Source: Candidatus Omnitrophota bacterium (lineage in GTDB: Bacteria > Omnitrophota > Gorgyraeia > B26-G9). Taken from it: a stretch of DNA of 64,000 nt. A model generated the notes under the pieces. That model did not search any database. It saw only the letters and a list, made by a program, of their open reading frames with translations, and had not been told where the DNA came from. Positions 46,045-55,263 of this stretch are shown piece after piece (position 1 is the first letter of the stretch; the number at the start of each line of letters is the position of its first letter). Location: contig JBDRPX010000015.1 in the NCBI GenBank assembly GCA_043826565.1, positions 3,317-67,316 of the forward strand, in the 5' to 3' direction. The position numbers and the translations under genes were made by a program.

Positions 46045-46666
46045 AATGCATAACATATTAATTATTCTGGTTATTTATCTATGTTTATTTGCTGTTTTCT
46101 CTGATTTTTCTTATTCTGAAGTAAAAAACATTAAAGGTGGCAGTACAATTACAGTAATGCCCAGAAAAACAAATAAGCAAGAAAAAGAACGTGTTCTAAA
46201 AGCGTTTGAGAAAAAAAATGTTGATGATATAATGTTAGATATTTATCCACGAAGATATGAAACACAAAACATATTGAAAAGTATTGTTAAATCAAAAGAA
46301 CATAGAGTAGAAACACGTATTTTAGCAGCGCAAATTTTAGGAGAGATAAGGTTAAACTATGATGTAGACATTTTAGTTAAAAATATGCGGCTAGGCTACG
46401 CAAATTCCGCTGAATTTACAGAATTAGATAAGTTTAACTTCCCTGTTGGCTATGCAATAATAAATATCGGCATTCCTGCCCGACTACATTTATTGAATGA
46501 AATAAAAAGCTCTAAAGATGAGGAGATTATTCGCCTTTGCGCGTTTGTACTAATGAAAATCGAGGATCAAGACATTGCAAAAGTTATTCTTGAGCGTGAA
46601 ATCAAAAAGGAAGAACAGATAAATCAGAAGGCTAACCTTGAGAAAGCACTATCATATTTAAAATGA
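46028..46666 (+). CDS. secreted helical-repeat protein with post-signal motif SEVKNIKGGSTI
   Basis: signal peptide then SEVKNIKGGSTITVM; HEAT/armadillo-like later part. Confidence 0.55.
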   Translation: MMISIRMHNILIILVIYLCLFAVFSDFSYSEVKNIKGGSTITVMPRKTNKQEKERVLKAFEKKNVDDIMLDIYPRRYETQNILKSIVKSKEHRVETRILAAQILGEIRLNYDVDILVKNMRLGYANSAEFTELDKFNFPVGYAIINIGIPARLHLLNEIKSSKDEEIIRLCAFVLMKIEDQDIAKVILEREIKKEEQINQKANLEKALSYLK

Positions 46667-46697
46667 ATCTCTCCTGGCTTTAGTCCGGAGTTTCTCA

Positions 46698-46733
46698 AAT
46701 TATCCGCCGCAAAACATTGGCGGATAATTTTCG
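46698..46733 (+). terminator. intrinsic terminator after secreted-protein operon 2
   Basis: ATTATCCGCC-GCAAAACATT-GGCGGATAAT hairpin followed by TTTTCGG. Confidence 0.45.
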
Positions 46734-46749
46734 GGAACAAAATGTTTAA

Positions 46750-46944
46750 TTATTTAACAATATAGTTTTTAATATATATCTCAAAAACTCCTTTTTTGAG
46801 TCTAATTTTAACTATCTTTGATTTAACTATCCACATTTTCCTGTAATTCTCCACTAAAACGGCCCTGTCTGTTTCCTTCAGTATGCGCACAGGAAGCCAG
46901 AGATATTCCGATTTTCCAAACAAAAGCCTAATAATCCAAAACAT
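46750..46944 (-). CDS. small hypothetical protein (64 aa) 3 bp downstream of small HTH gene
   Basis: ORF only; tight spacing to the 46947..47186 gene suggests co-transcription. Confidence 0.3.
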   Translation of the reverse strand: MFWIIRLLFGKSEYLWLPVRILKETDRAVLVENYRKMWIVKSKIVKIRLKKGVFEIYIKNYIVK

Positions 46945-46946
46945 AA

Positions 46947-47186
46947 TTACTCCCCTCCTTTTTTTAAATGATTAAGCGCCTTTAGGACGGTTTTCTTGCT
47001 CACTTTAAGACTCTTTGCTATGTCGGGATAGGTCATGCCTAATAAGCGCAATTGAGTTGCCTTTTGGGCTACTTTTTGGTATAAAGGAGGTGGTTGTATC
47101 GGTAATATTTTGATATGTGCGTTAATTTCGGCTGCACATTCGACAGGCTCAGTGTGCCCGGTGGTCACGGTGCGAATTGGTTGCAA
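46947..47186 (-). CDS. small HTH-domain protein, paralog 2
   Basis: MQPIRTVTTGHTEPVECAAEINAHIKILP..LLGMTYPDIAKSLKVSKKTVLKAL. Confidence 0.55.
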   Translation of the reverse strand: MQPIRTVTTGHTEPVECAAEINAHIKILPIQPPPLYQKVAQKATQLRLLGMTYPDIAKSLKVSKKTVLKALNHLKKGGE

Positions 47187-47339
47187 CTGCGTCCGCCAAG
47201 CTTTCTTGGCGGATCCGCCAGTTAATAAAAACTCCCCTTCCCTAATTATGGGATGGGAGTTTTATTTTCCGTTTGTTCTGTTTTTTATAGCCACAAGTTT
47301 TTTTCTTTGTTATAATAGGATTCAATAAAAAGAACCCTT

Positions 47340-49499
47340 ATGGACGAAAAAAAACTATCGTTTAAAGAAAAAGAAAATCCCGCGCGCGCAAAAATTGCCG
47401 GCCAGTTCGCAGCAAATTTCCTGGGACTGCTAAAAGCTATCAGCCTGTATCCTAAAGGACATCAGATGCTCGTTCAGGTGGCGGAAAAATTCTACATACA
47501 CTTAGAACAGCTCTTAACTGAATTCAAAACCCTGACCCTGCAAATCTATGCTAATAATATTTACCTTCTCGATCAATGTATCCACGCGGAAAAAGCCCCG
47601 GGCATCGAAGCTTTTATGGAAGACCTGCAAAAACGTTATATCCGCCAAATCGTTTTTTCCCAGGGAGTAAGCGTTCCTGATCTTACGACATTACTAGATA
47701 TTTTAGGCGCTGACCCAAAAGATATTATTGAAAGAGGCGGAGCAGAAGCAATGCTTGCTAATGCTTCCTCAAAGAATATTCATATAATTGAATATTACTC
47801 GCGCCGGCATATTGATTTTAAGGAAGATGATCTTCTGGCTATTATAAATAGCCGTCTTTTTCGCTTTTTTGTGGACGATCAAATAAAAATACTTACTTAT
47901 GAGCAGACTCTTCAGTTATACGATTTTCTTAAGAACTCTATTTTAATGTGCGAATTATTAAAAGCCGCTTTTAAGTTTATCACGGAAGAGCCTCAGGCAG
48001 AAGCCGCGGAAAGCCAAACAATATTAAAAATATTAAAAAAAATCAACCCCCTAATGCTTGAAGCCGGGCTTTCCGAACACGCGGAAATGAAACATATTGT
48101 CTATGATATAATTTTTTCTTTTGATAAAGAACGCTGTTTCACCCTGGCCTCAGACGACCCGAATGATTCACTTCTTGAGTATGCCGGTGTTCTTCCGGAT
48201 ATTCCTTCCCGGATTGAAGTTGGCGATATTGCTGATTTAACCGCGAAAAAACTCGCTAAAAACCCGGAAGATGACCACGTGATTATCAGTATAAAAACAT
48301 TTCTTTGTAAAATATTTATTAGCCGCAGTGCCTTTTTAGCCTTTCTCCCGGCTTTTAAAAAGAAGCTGGGGGAGAACATCCCCTCTGAAGATAAAGCGCA
48401 TGCCTTGCTTAATGATATCTGCTCCGCTTTTGGCGCCGGCTTTGCCGTAGATGATGATGTCGTCTTGGCCCTAGGGACAGTCACCAGCACAGATAACGAA
48501 GCCATTGTCACGGGATTAAATTTATTACGCACGGTGCACCTGGACATCCAGGAGGTTACCCAGCAAGTCGAAAATTTTGATATCGACACCGGACGGCTGC
48601 TAATCCTGACCGCCGTAATTTCCGCGGAAGATGATCCTGCTCTTTTAGAGATCTTTCTGCGCACATTAATTGACCTATTAACCGATTCCATCAAAACCGA
48701 CAACCCCTCAAGAAATTCCTTAATTGTAGAATTTTTGGCTCAACAAACACAAAAACGCACAGCCGCAGCCAACAAACTTATCATAAATGCCATTAAAACA
48801 CTGCCGGACATTTTATTGGAAACATTGATCATCAGCAGTCTGACTACTCTTACCCCGGATTCTGCGGTGACCTTTTTAGGGCACTTAGCCGTATTATTTG
48901 AGAAACAATTAACCGCGATTCTTATACAGCTATATATTAGCAATGACAGCATTCCGCATCAGGATATTATTTGTAAAGTCATTAGTGATTCCGGGATTTT
49001 AGATTTTGACCGTGATCTGCGCAATGAACCGTCAAAAAATCTTACCCGCATCGTCGATTTGCTCGGACATATTCGAAGCTACAAAGTCCTTCCTTTACTT
49101 TGGGAGGTCACTTTTCACGAAGATATTATTCTGGCGCTTCGCGCGCTTAAGATCCTTGCCGAACATAAATCTCATGATGCTTTTAAATTTATTATTAAGG
49201 CGCTTACACATCCAAATGTTCAGCTGGCGATGGCCAGTATTGACCATTTGGCTTTATTTAAAACCCAGGAGTCTGCCGGACACTTAGCGGCAATCGCCCG
49301 GGGCCGGGAACTTACCGGTAATCCGGAAATGGCACTAACAATGCGCCTGATGGCGATTAGATCTCTGTCTCAAATAGATCATGAGCAAACAAAACAGGTA
49401 CTAAGAAGCATTTTAAAAAATAGGCGTTTCTTAATTATTCCGATAGAACCTAAAAAATTACGGTTATTTGCCGCGGAACAATTAAAAAATATGAACTAA
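47340..49499 (+). CDS. cytoplasmic helical-repeat protein (719 aa) whose N-terminal roughly 110 aa are homologous to the N-terminal domain of the adjacent HD-GYP protein
   Basis: no signal peptide; ISLYPKGHQMLVQVAEKF.. parallels HSLYPAQHPSVLAQTKQTF.. in the next gene. Confidence 0.65.
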   Translation: MDEKKLSFKEKENPARAKIAGQFAANFLGLLKAISLYPKGHQMLVQVAEKFYIHLEQLLTEFKTLTLQIYANNIYLLDQCIHAEKAPGIEAFMEDLQKRYIRQIVFSQGVSVPDLTTLLDILGADPKDIIERGGAEAMLANASSKNIHIIEYYSRRHIDFKEDDLLAIINSRLFRFFVDDQIKILTYEQTLQLYDFLKNSILMCELLKAAFKFITEEPQAEAAESQTILKILKKINPLMLEAGLSEHAEMKHIVYDIIFSFDKERCFTLASDDPNDSLLEYAGVLPDIPSRIEVGDIADLTAKKLAKNPEDDHVIISIKTFLCKIFISRSAFLAFLPAFKKKLGENIPSEDKAHALLNDICSAFGAGFAVDDDVVLALGTVTSTDNEAIVTGLNLLRTVHLDIQEVTQQVENFDIDTGRLLILTAVISAEDDPALLEIFLRTLIDLLTDSIKTDNPSRNSLIVEFLAQQTQKRTAAANKLIINAIKTLPDILLETLIISSLTTLTPDSAVTFLGHLAVLFEKQLTAILIQLYISNDSIPHQDIICKVISDSGILDFDRDLRNEPSKNLTRIVDLLGHIRSYKVLPLLWEVTFHEDIILALRALKILAEHKSHDAFKFIIKALTHPNVQLAMASIDHLALFKTQESAGHLAAIARGRELTGNPEMALTMRLMAIRSLSQIDHEQTKQVLRSILKNRRFLIIPIEPKKLRLFAAEQLKNMN

Positions 49500-49514
49500 A
49501 ACAGGGCCATAAGT

Positions 49515-50885
49515 ATGGACAAAATCACATCAAAAAATCTGGTAAAAACTTTTGTTAAAGAATTCGCACTGCTTTGTACTGAACATTCTTTATATCCGGC
49601 ACAGCATCCCAGTGTACTTGCGCAAACAAAGCAAACATTTTCCGCGGCCGAAGCAATTTTAAGCATTATAGAATTGTTTTATATCGACATTGAAGAGGGA
49701 CAGTTTGCTTTTGAAGGCATTCCGTTATATGAAATAAGACACATTGTGGAAAAAACCGCTCAACTCCTGGATTCAAAAAAAATAAACACAATTTGTTTTA
49801 AGCGCGGAATAACTCCGCAGGAAATTACCTCCTTTATCCTGTTTGCGATAAAAACCCCCAGCCCGCAATCTCATGAACAACTGCAAGCAGCATTACAAAA
49901 ATCCGGAGTGACCAGTATCGTGTTGGAAAAAGCCCACCTATCTACAGATGTGGATACAGACTCCACAACATTTATTCCTCCGGAAAAGATTTATGGAAGC
50001 AGTGTTGAAACAAATAAATCAATTATTAAAGCCATCCAGGAAGGCAAAAAAATCCCGGTAGACCTGGTTAATAAAATATCTAAAGACATTACGGACATGA
50101 TCTCTAAGGATATGGCCGCTAGTATCGCGCTGACAACGCTTAAGGATTATGATGATTATACCTACACCCATTCGACAAATGTTGCCATATTATCCGTAAT
50201 TCTGGCGAAAAGTATTTTTGATAACGAGCAATTACTAAAAGACCTGGCCAGGGCCGCCCTATTGCATGATGTCGGAAAAACACTTCTTCCCATTGAAATC
50301 ATTCAAAAACCGGGAAAACTCGATGATCGGGAGTGGAAGATCATTCGGCAGCATCCTGTTTTAGGCGCGAAAATACTTGAACAGCAGGATCCGGTACACA
50401 CGCTTTCGGTGATCATTGCCGCTCAGCATCACATAAAATTTGATTTTAGCGGCTACCCGGGGAACATTACAAACCTGCATCCTTTAACCTTAATTGTTAA
50501 TATCTGCGATGTCTATGATGCCATAACTTCCCGGCGCCCCTATAAGGATGCTTTACAGCCGGATAAAGCTCTGGCGCTGATGATGAGCCTTGTGGGATGT
50601 GATTTTGACCCAAGATTTTTTAAAGTTTTTACGCATATGCTGGGTATTTATCCTCCGGGAAGTTTTGTACTCTTAAGTACTTCCGAGATCGCGGTTGTCC
50701 GAACGGTTAACCCTTTAGCTTTGTTACTGCCGGAAGTTAAGATCATCCGGACCGCTGATGAAAAAACAATGTTTGCACCGAAAATAATCAATCTTTTTAG
50801 TAAGGAAGACAACCCTTCCGGAATTACGATCACCGAAGTTATTGAACCTCGGGATCACGGGATCGACCCGCTTCTTTTTCTATAA
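49515..50885 (+). CDS. HD-GYP domain phosphodiesterase (likely c-di-GMP) with DUF3391-like N-terminal domain
   Basis: HD motif LLHDVGK, metal ligands HH, GYP motif FSGYPGN. Confidence 0.85.
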   Translation: MDKITSKNLVKTFVKEFALLCTEHSLYPAQHPSVLAQTKQTFSAAEAILSIIELFYIDIEEGQFAFEGIPLYEIRHIVEKTAQLLDSKKINTICFKRGITPQEITSFILFAIKTPSPQSHEQLQAALQKSGVTSIVLEKAHLSTDVDTDSTTFIPPEKIYGSSVETNKSIIKAIQEGKKIPVDLVNKISKDITDMISKDMAASIALTTLKDYDDYTYTHSTNVAILSVILAKSIFDNEQLLKDLARAALLHDVGKTLLPIEIIQKPGKLDDREWKIIRQHPVLGAKILEQQDPVHTLSVIIAAQHHIKFDFSGYPGNITNLHPLTLIVNICDVYDAITSRRPYKDALQPDKALALMMSLVGCDFDPRFFKVFTHMLGIYPPGSFVLLSTSEIAVVRTVNPLALLLPEVKIIRTADEKTMFAPKIINLFSKEDNPSGITITEVIEPRDHGIDPLLFL

Positions 50886-50902
50886 ACCAGAGGCTTCCGC
50901 GG

Positions 50903-51589
50903 CTACTTAAGCCGGCTTTTAATAAATATCCGCACCTGCGCAAACACTTCCATCGCGAAATCTTTCGCATGCACCCAGCTGCTCTGGAAAAAAACACTCA
51001 AGGAAACCTCTTTATATAAAAAACTCAGCGGAATAATTAAGATGATTATATTAACAATATAAATTAGAACCAGGGAAAAAAGATACCCGTTATCAACAAG
51101 GTCCGGCTGTTTTGTTTTTAAAGAATCCGCGGTCATCACAAAATGGAACGATAAAGAAAACCCCAAGCTAAAAATAAAAATATTTGTGTATTGGTAAGCG
51201 CCTTTCCAAAAAAAACACAGAATCAAAAAGATCAGCGACAAAGCCGCGGTATAGATCGGAAAAAAATAAGGAGCTAAACTGATAATAAAGTTTGTCTTTG
51301 TTGTCCCCACGCTTCCGCCGCCGGAAGACACTTTAAAGGATTTTACCTTTCCCCCAAAAAGCATTGCGAAGAAAGCATGCACGGATTCATGTCCTAACAC
51401 ATATAAATAGTTAAACTTAACTACAAAAAGATGTATTAATATATATGCGCCTATTCCGGAAATAAAAAAAAGGTGAGTTTTTCCTATGGCTTTTAGGGAA
51501 ACAATGGCTTCATAAAGCCCCTGGCTGACTCCGATACAAATCGGAATCAGCCCGAGGCCAATAAAAATTTTCACTATCTTAAGCAACAT
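50903..51589 (-). CDS. polytopic membrane protein with intramembrane HExxH (putative zincin-like peptidase, DUF3267-like)
   Basis: LGHESVHAF within hydrophobic segment; 5-6 TMs. Confidence 0.55.
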   Translation of the reverse strand: MLLKIVKIFIGLGLIPICIGVSQGLYEAIVSLKAIGKTHLFFISGIGAYILIHLFVVKFNYLYVLGHESVHAFFAMLFGGKVKSFKVSSGGGSVGTTKTNFIISLAPYFFPIYTAALSLIFLILCFFWKGAYQYTNIFIFSLGFSLSFHFVMTADSLKTKQPDLVDNGYLFSLVLIYIVNIIILIIPLSFLYKEVSLSVFFQSSWVHAKDFAMEVFAQVRIFIKSRLK

Positions 51590-51609
51590 ATCATTATATA
51601 AGCAAATTA

Positions 51610-51897
51610 TTATACATTACCGGTTCCATCACACTTAGGACAAGGTCGTTTCCCGTTTTTGCAGTCAGGAACATTGCAACCAACTTTTCCGCCGGAACAT
51701 TGACTATTTTGGCAATTCCCTGTTCCATTACAGTCGGGACATTGCTTTATCCCTTCACATCCTCCACCCCCGATCGTTCCCTTCCCTTTACATCTCTCAC
51801 AATCTGCAGAACCATGACAAGTAATGCAAATAATTTTTCCCTCAACACACTTACTGCAATCAATTACCCTTGTACCATAACACCCAGAACAGATCAT
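51610..51897 (-). CDS. stand-alone DnaJ-type CR zinc-finger protein (95 aa)
   Basis: repeated CxxCxGxG-type units (CSKC, CITCHGSADCERCKGKG, CPDCNGTG, CPKCDGTG); starts 1 bp after serS stop. Confidence 0.6.
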   Translation of the reverse strand: MICSGCYGTRVIDCSKCVEGKIICITCHGSADCERCKGKGTIGGGGCEGIKQCPDCNGTGNCQNSQCSGGKVGCNVPDCKNGKRPCPKCDGTGNV

Positions 51898-53190
51898 TTA
51901 CTCCTCCTTTCTTTGGTTAGGTTCAATAAGCTCCCGCCCGTCCATATACGGCCGTAAAACTTCCGGAACAATAATCGACCCGTCTTTTTGCTGATAGGTT
52001 TCCATTATCGCGATCACTGTTCTGGCCAAGGCAACACCGGAACCATTTAAAGTGTGCACAAAATTTGTTTTTCCGGTTGCGGAATCTTTATATTTAATAT
52101 TTGCCCGGCGCGCCTGAAAATCTTCAAAATTACTACAGCTGGAAACTTCCAGCCATTTCCCTACCCCCGGAGCCCACGCTTCGATATCATAACACTTAGC
52201 TGCCGCAAAGCTGATATCACCGGTTGATAAACACAGTACCCGATAAGGAAGTTTTAAAAGCTGAAGCACAGTTTCCGCGTTAGTTAATAAGGTTTCCAGC
52301 TCATTGTATGAATCCTGCGGTTTGACAAATTTAACCATTTCCACCTTATCAAACTGATGAACTCTCATCAAACCGCGGGTATCTTTACCATAAGACCCTG
52401 CTTCCCTTCTAAAGCAAGGGGTATAGGCGGTGTAATATATCGGGAGCTCCCCATCATTCAATACTTCATCTCTATGTATATTAGTTACAGGCACTTCTGC
52501 TGTTGGAATCAAAAATAAATCATCTTCACAGGCCCGATACATATCTTCTTCAAGCTTCGGAAGTTGTCCAGTCCCAGTCATGCTCGCCCTATTCACCAAA
52601 AGTGGAGGGGAAATCTCAGTATACCCGTGCTTTTGTGTGTGCAATCCCAACATAAAATTAATTAAAGCTCTTTCCATTCTGGCCCCAACACCTTTAAAAA
52701 GCACAAAATTTGACCCTGTCAACTTGGCTGCTCTGGCAAAATCTATAATATCAAGGTGTTCTGATAGAGCAATATGATCTTTTGGCGTAAAATCAAAAGA
52801 ACAGATTTCTCCCCATTTTTTAATTTCAATGTTTGCGGCGGCATCTTTTCCTATTGGTACTGATTTATGGGGTATATTTGGGACATTGATTACTATATCA
52901 GAAACTTTTTGGTTAACATCACCCACTTTTGCATCAAATTCCTTGATTTTTTGGGACAACTCCTTTAGTGTGGTTCTTTTTTCCGAAACATCTTCTTTTT
53001 TGGCTATTAGCTTAGCCATTTCATCAGAAGCCAGGTTTCTTTGACGTTTTAATTCCTCTACCTCGGTTAGTAGTTCTCTTTTTTGCTTATCCAGCGCCAG
53101 TAATTCATCAATACTAATACGCATATTGCGATTTCCTATCGCCGCTTTTACAATCTCTGGATTTTCTCTAATAAATTTTAGGTCTAACAT
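51898..53190 (-). CDS. serS: seryl-tRNA synthetase
   Basis: N-terminal coiled-coil arm, class II motifs; MLDLKFIRENPE.. typical SerRS start. Confidence 0.9.
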   Translation of the reverse strand: MLDLKFIRENPEIVKAAIGNRNMRISIDELLALDKQKRELLTEVEELKRQRNLASDEMAKLIAKKEDVSEKRTTLKELSQKIKEFDAKVGDVNQKVSDIVINVPNIPHKSVPIGKDAAANIEIKKWGEICSFDFTPKDHIALSEHLDIIDFARAAKLTGSNFVLFKGVGARMERALINFMLGLHTQKHGYTEISPPLLVNRASMTGTGQLPKLEEDMYRACEDDLFLIPTAEVPVTNIHRDEVLNDGELPIYYTAYTPCFRREAGSYGKDTRGLMRVHQFDKVEMVKFVKPQDSYNELETLLTNAETVLQLLKLPYRVLCLSTGDISFAAAKCYDIEAWAPGVGKWLEVSSCSNFEDFQARRANIKYKDSATGKTNFVHTLNGSGVALARTVIAIMETYQQKDGSIIVPEVLRPYMDGRELIEPNQRKEE

Positions 53191-53359
53191 AGAATCAGCT
53201 CCTTAATTTGCCTTGGCAAATTAACCTCGAACATATTTTAGTGAGAGGTCTCTACATTTTTATTCTTACATTTGAAAATAACATAGCCTACTAAAAAACT
53301 CAAGCAAAAACACTATTTCTTTTTTTTGTTTTAACCTGTCACTTGCGACCTGAAACCAG

Positions 53360-54808
53360 TTACCCCTTAATTACTCCCAACGGTCGCATCCGGCACACTT
53401 TTTTGGAAATTCCCGCACCGTGAACAACCTCAACCACATCATTGACATTCTTGTATGCGTCCGGAGCTTCCTCGGCGATGGTATCTCTGCCCTTGGCGCG
53501 GATAATAATACCTTTTTGTTTTAAATCGTGAATGATCTTATGTCTATCCAGAGTACGAATAGCTTCTGATCGTGATTTTAATCTTCCTGCTCCATGGCAG
53601 GTACTGCCAAAAGTTTCCTCCATAGCGTTTTGTGTTCCCACAAGCAGATAAGAATGTGTGCCCATATCACCGGGAATAATTACCGGCTGGCCGATTTTCT
53701 TATATCTATCCGGCAGATCCGGATGTCCCGGACCAAAAGCCCGGGTCGCGCCTTTTCGATGAACACAAAGTTTTTTTTCTTTACCCTCAATAATATGTTT
53801 TTCTATTTTAGCCATATTATGGGAAACATCATAGATTAAATTCATTCCCAGTTTTTCCCAGCTTTGATTAAATACTTTTTCAAAAACATCCCGAGTATAC
53901 TGCATAAGCACCTGGCGATTCGCCCAGGCATAGTTGGCCGCGCAATTCATGGCTGATAAGTATCTTTCCCCCTCTTTTGACTCTACGGGAGCACAAGCCA
54001 ATTGTTTGTCCGGAACATTAATTTCATATTTTCGTAAACAATTCAACATTGTTTTAATGTAATCCGTGCATACCTGGTGACCAAACCCCCGCGATCCGGT
54101 ATGGATCATTACCGTTATCTGCCCTTTTTCCAGATTAAGCTCACGGGCAATATCTTCATCAAATATCGTGTCTATTACCTGCACTTCCAGAAAATGGTTA
54201 CCGGAGCCCAGGGTTCCGGATTGAGGCTTTCCTCTCTCATAAGCGCGCTCGGATACTGCCTCAGGATCAGTAAAATCCATTTTTCCGCCCTCTTCCGTAC
54301 ATTCGAGGTCGGATTTTATGCCAAATCCTTTAGCAACTGCCCACGCCGCCCCCTCAGTAAGCACTTTTACAGCCTCCGCTCCTTTAAGCTTTATCTGTCC
54401 AGTTGAGCCAACTCCTGAGGGAACAACATGATAGAGCTTATTTACCAGGTCTTCCAGGCTGCCACTCATCTCATCATAAAAAAGCCTGGTTTTCATTAAT
54501 CTCACTCCACAATTAATATCAAACCCAACGCCGCCAGGGCTAATTACTCCATTTTTCTCTATATTAGTCGCCACTACTCCACCGATAGGAAAACCATAAC
54601 CCCAGTGTATATCCGGCATAGCTAGGGCGTATTTTTCAATCCCCGGCAAAAAAGTTGTATTCGCCACCTGTTCTATGGCCTTGTCTTTTAATAAACTCGG
54701 AAGTAATTTTTCGCTGGTATAGATAACACCATCTACAAGCATGCCTGGTTTATAACTTTTAGGGATGCGGTAGCGATATTCATCTATTTTTTCTAAAATA
54801 TTCAGCAT
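53360..54808 (-). CDS. rtcB: RNA 3'-phosphate/tRNA-splicing ligase RtcB
   Basis: 482 aa; conserved GSRGFGHQ, HNMA..HRKGATRAF, metal-binding His/Cys. Confidence 0.9.
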   Translation of the reverse strand: MLNILEKIDEYRYRIPKSYKPGMLVDGVIYTSEKLLPSLLKDKAIEQVANTTFLPGIEKYALAMPDIHWGYGFPIGGVVATNIEKNGVISPGGVGFDINCGVRLMKTRLFYDEMSGSLEDLVNKLYHVVPSGVGSTGQIKLKGAEAVKVLTEGAAWAVAKGFGIKSDLECTEEGGKMDFTDPEAVSERAYERGKPQSGTLGSGNHFLEVQVIDTIFDEDIARELNLEKGQITVMIHTGSRGFGHQVCTDYIKTMLNCLRKYEINVPDKQLACAPVESKEGERYLSAMNCAANYAWANRQVLMQYTRDVFEKVFNQSWEKLGMNLIYDVSHNMAKIEKHIIEGKEKKLCVHRKGATRAFGPGHPDLPDRYKKIGQPVIIPGDMGTHSYLLVGTQNAMEETFGSTCHGAGRLKSRSEAIRTLDRHKIIHDLKQKGIIIRAKGRDTIAEEAPDAYKNVNDVVEVVHGAGISKKVCRMRPLGVIKG

Positions 54809-54822
54809 AACTATCCCTTTAT

Positions 54823-55263
54823 TTATACATCAAATATTACTTCTGCTTGCCAGGAGTTGTTTACACGCGTAATTTTGAGCTGGTGATAAGTAACTGCTTT
54901 GATTTCAGTCACAGCTTCATAATTATGTTCGAGACGGGTAAAGGCAATGCTCGCCTTAAGTTCAATGCCGGAGAGTTTGGTAATGCGTATTTGGGAAGCA
55001 ACTCCCCTTTTAATATCAGCTAGGCTAAGCAGTTCGCTTAGCCAGCTAACCAGAAGTTCTTCGGCATTGTTCGCGGTAACCAACACTTTAACTTCTTCGG
55101 GCTGCCCCTTCTTTGGTTTAGGTTTTTGATCAGCAATTATGCTAAACATTCCCTGGGCCGCGTTTAAAAAAAGTTCTTTTTTGTTTTTTCCAAACGCCCG
55201 CAACCCAATATCTGCTGTGTGCTCTATAATTTCAAACTTCTTGCGTTGGCTCTTCTTCTTCAT
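54823..55263 (-). CDS. archease (RtcB activator)
   Basis: [12 protein letters not shown] archease signature; start placed at [10 protein letters not shown]..; 5' end overlaps gyrA 3' end by about 30 bp. Confidence 0.75.
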   Translation of the reverse strand: MKKKSQRKKFEIIEHTADIGLRAFGKNKKELFLNAAQGMFSIIADQKPKPKKGQPEEVKVLVTANNAEELLVSWLSELLSLADIKRGVASQIRITKLSGIELKASIAFTRLEHNYEAVTEIKAVTYHQLKITRVNNSWQAEVIFDV

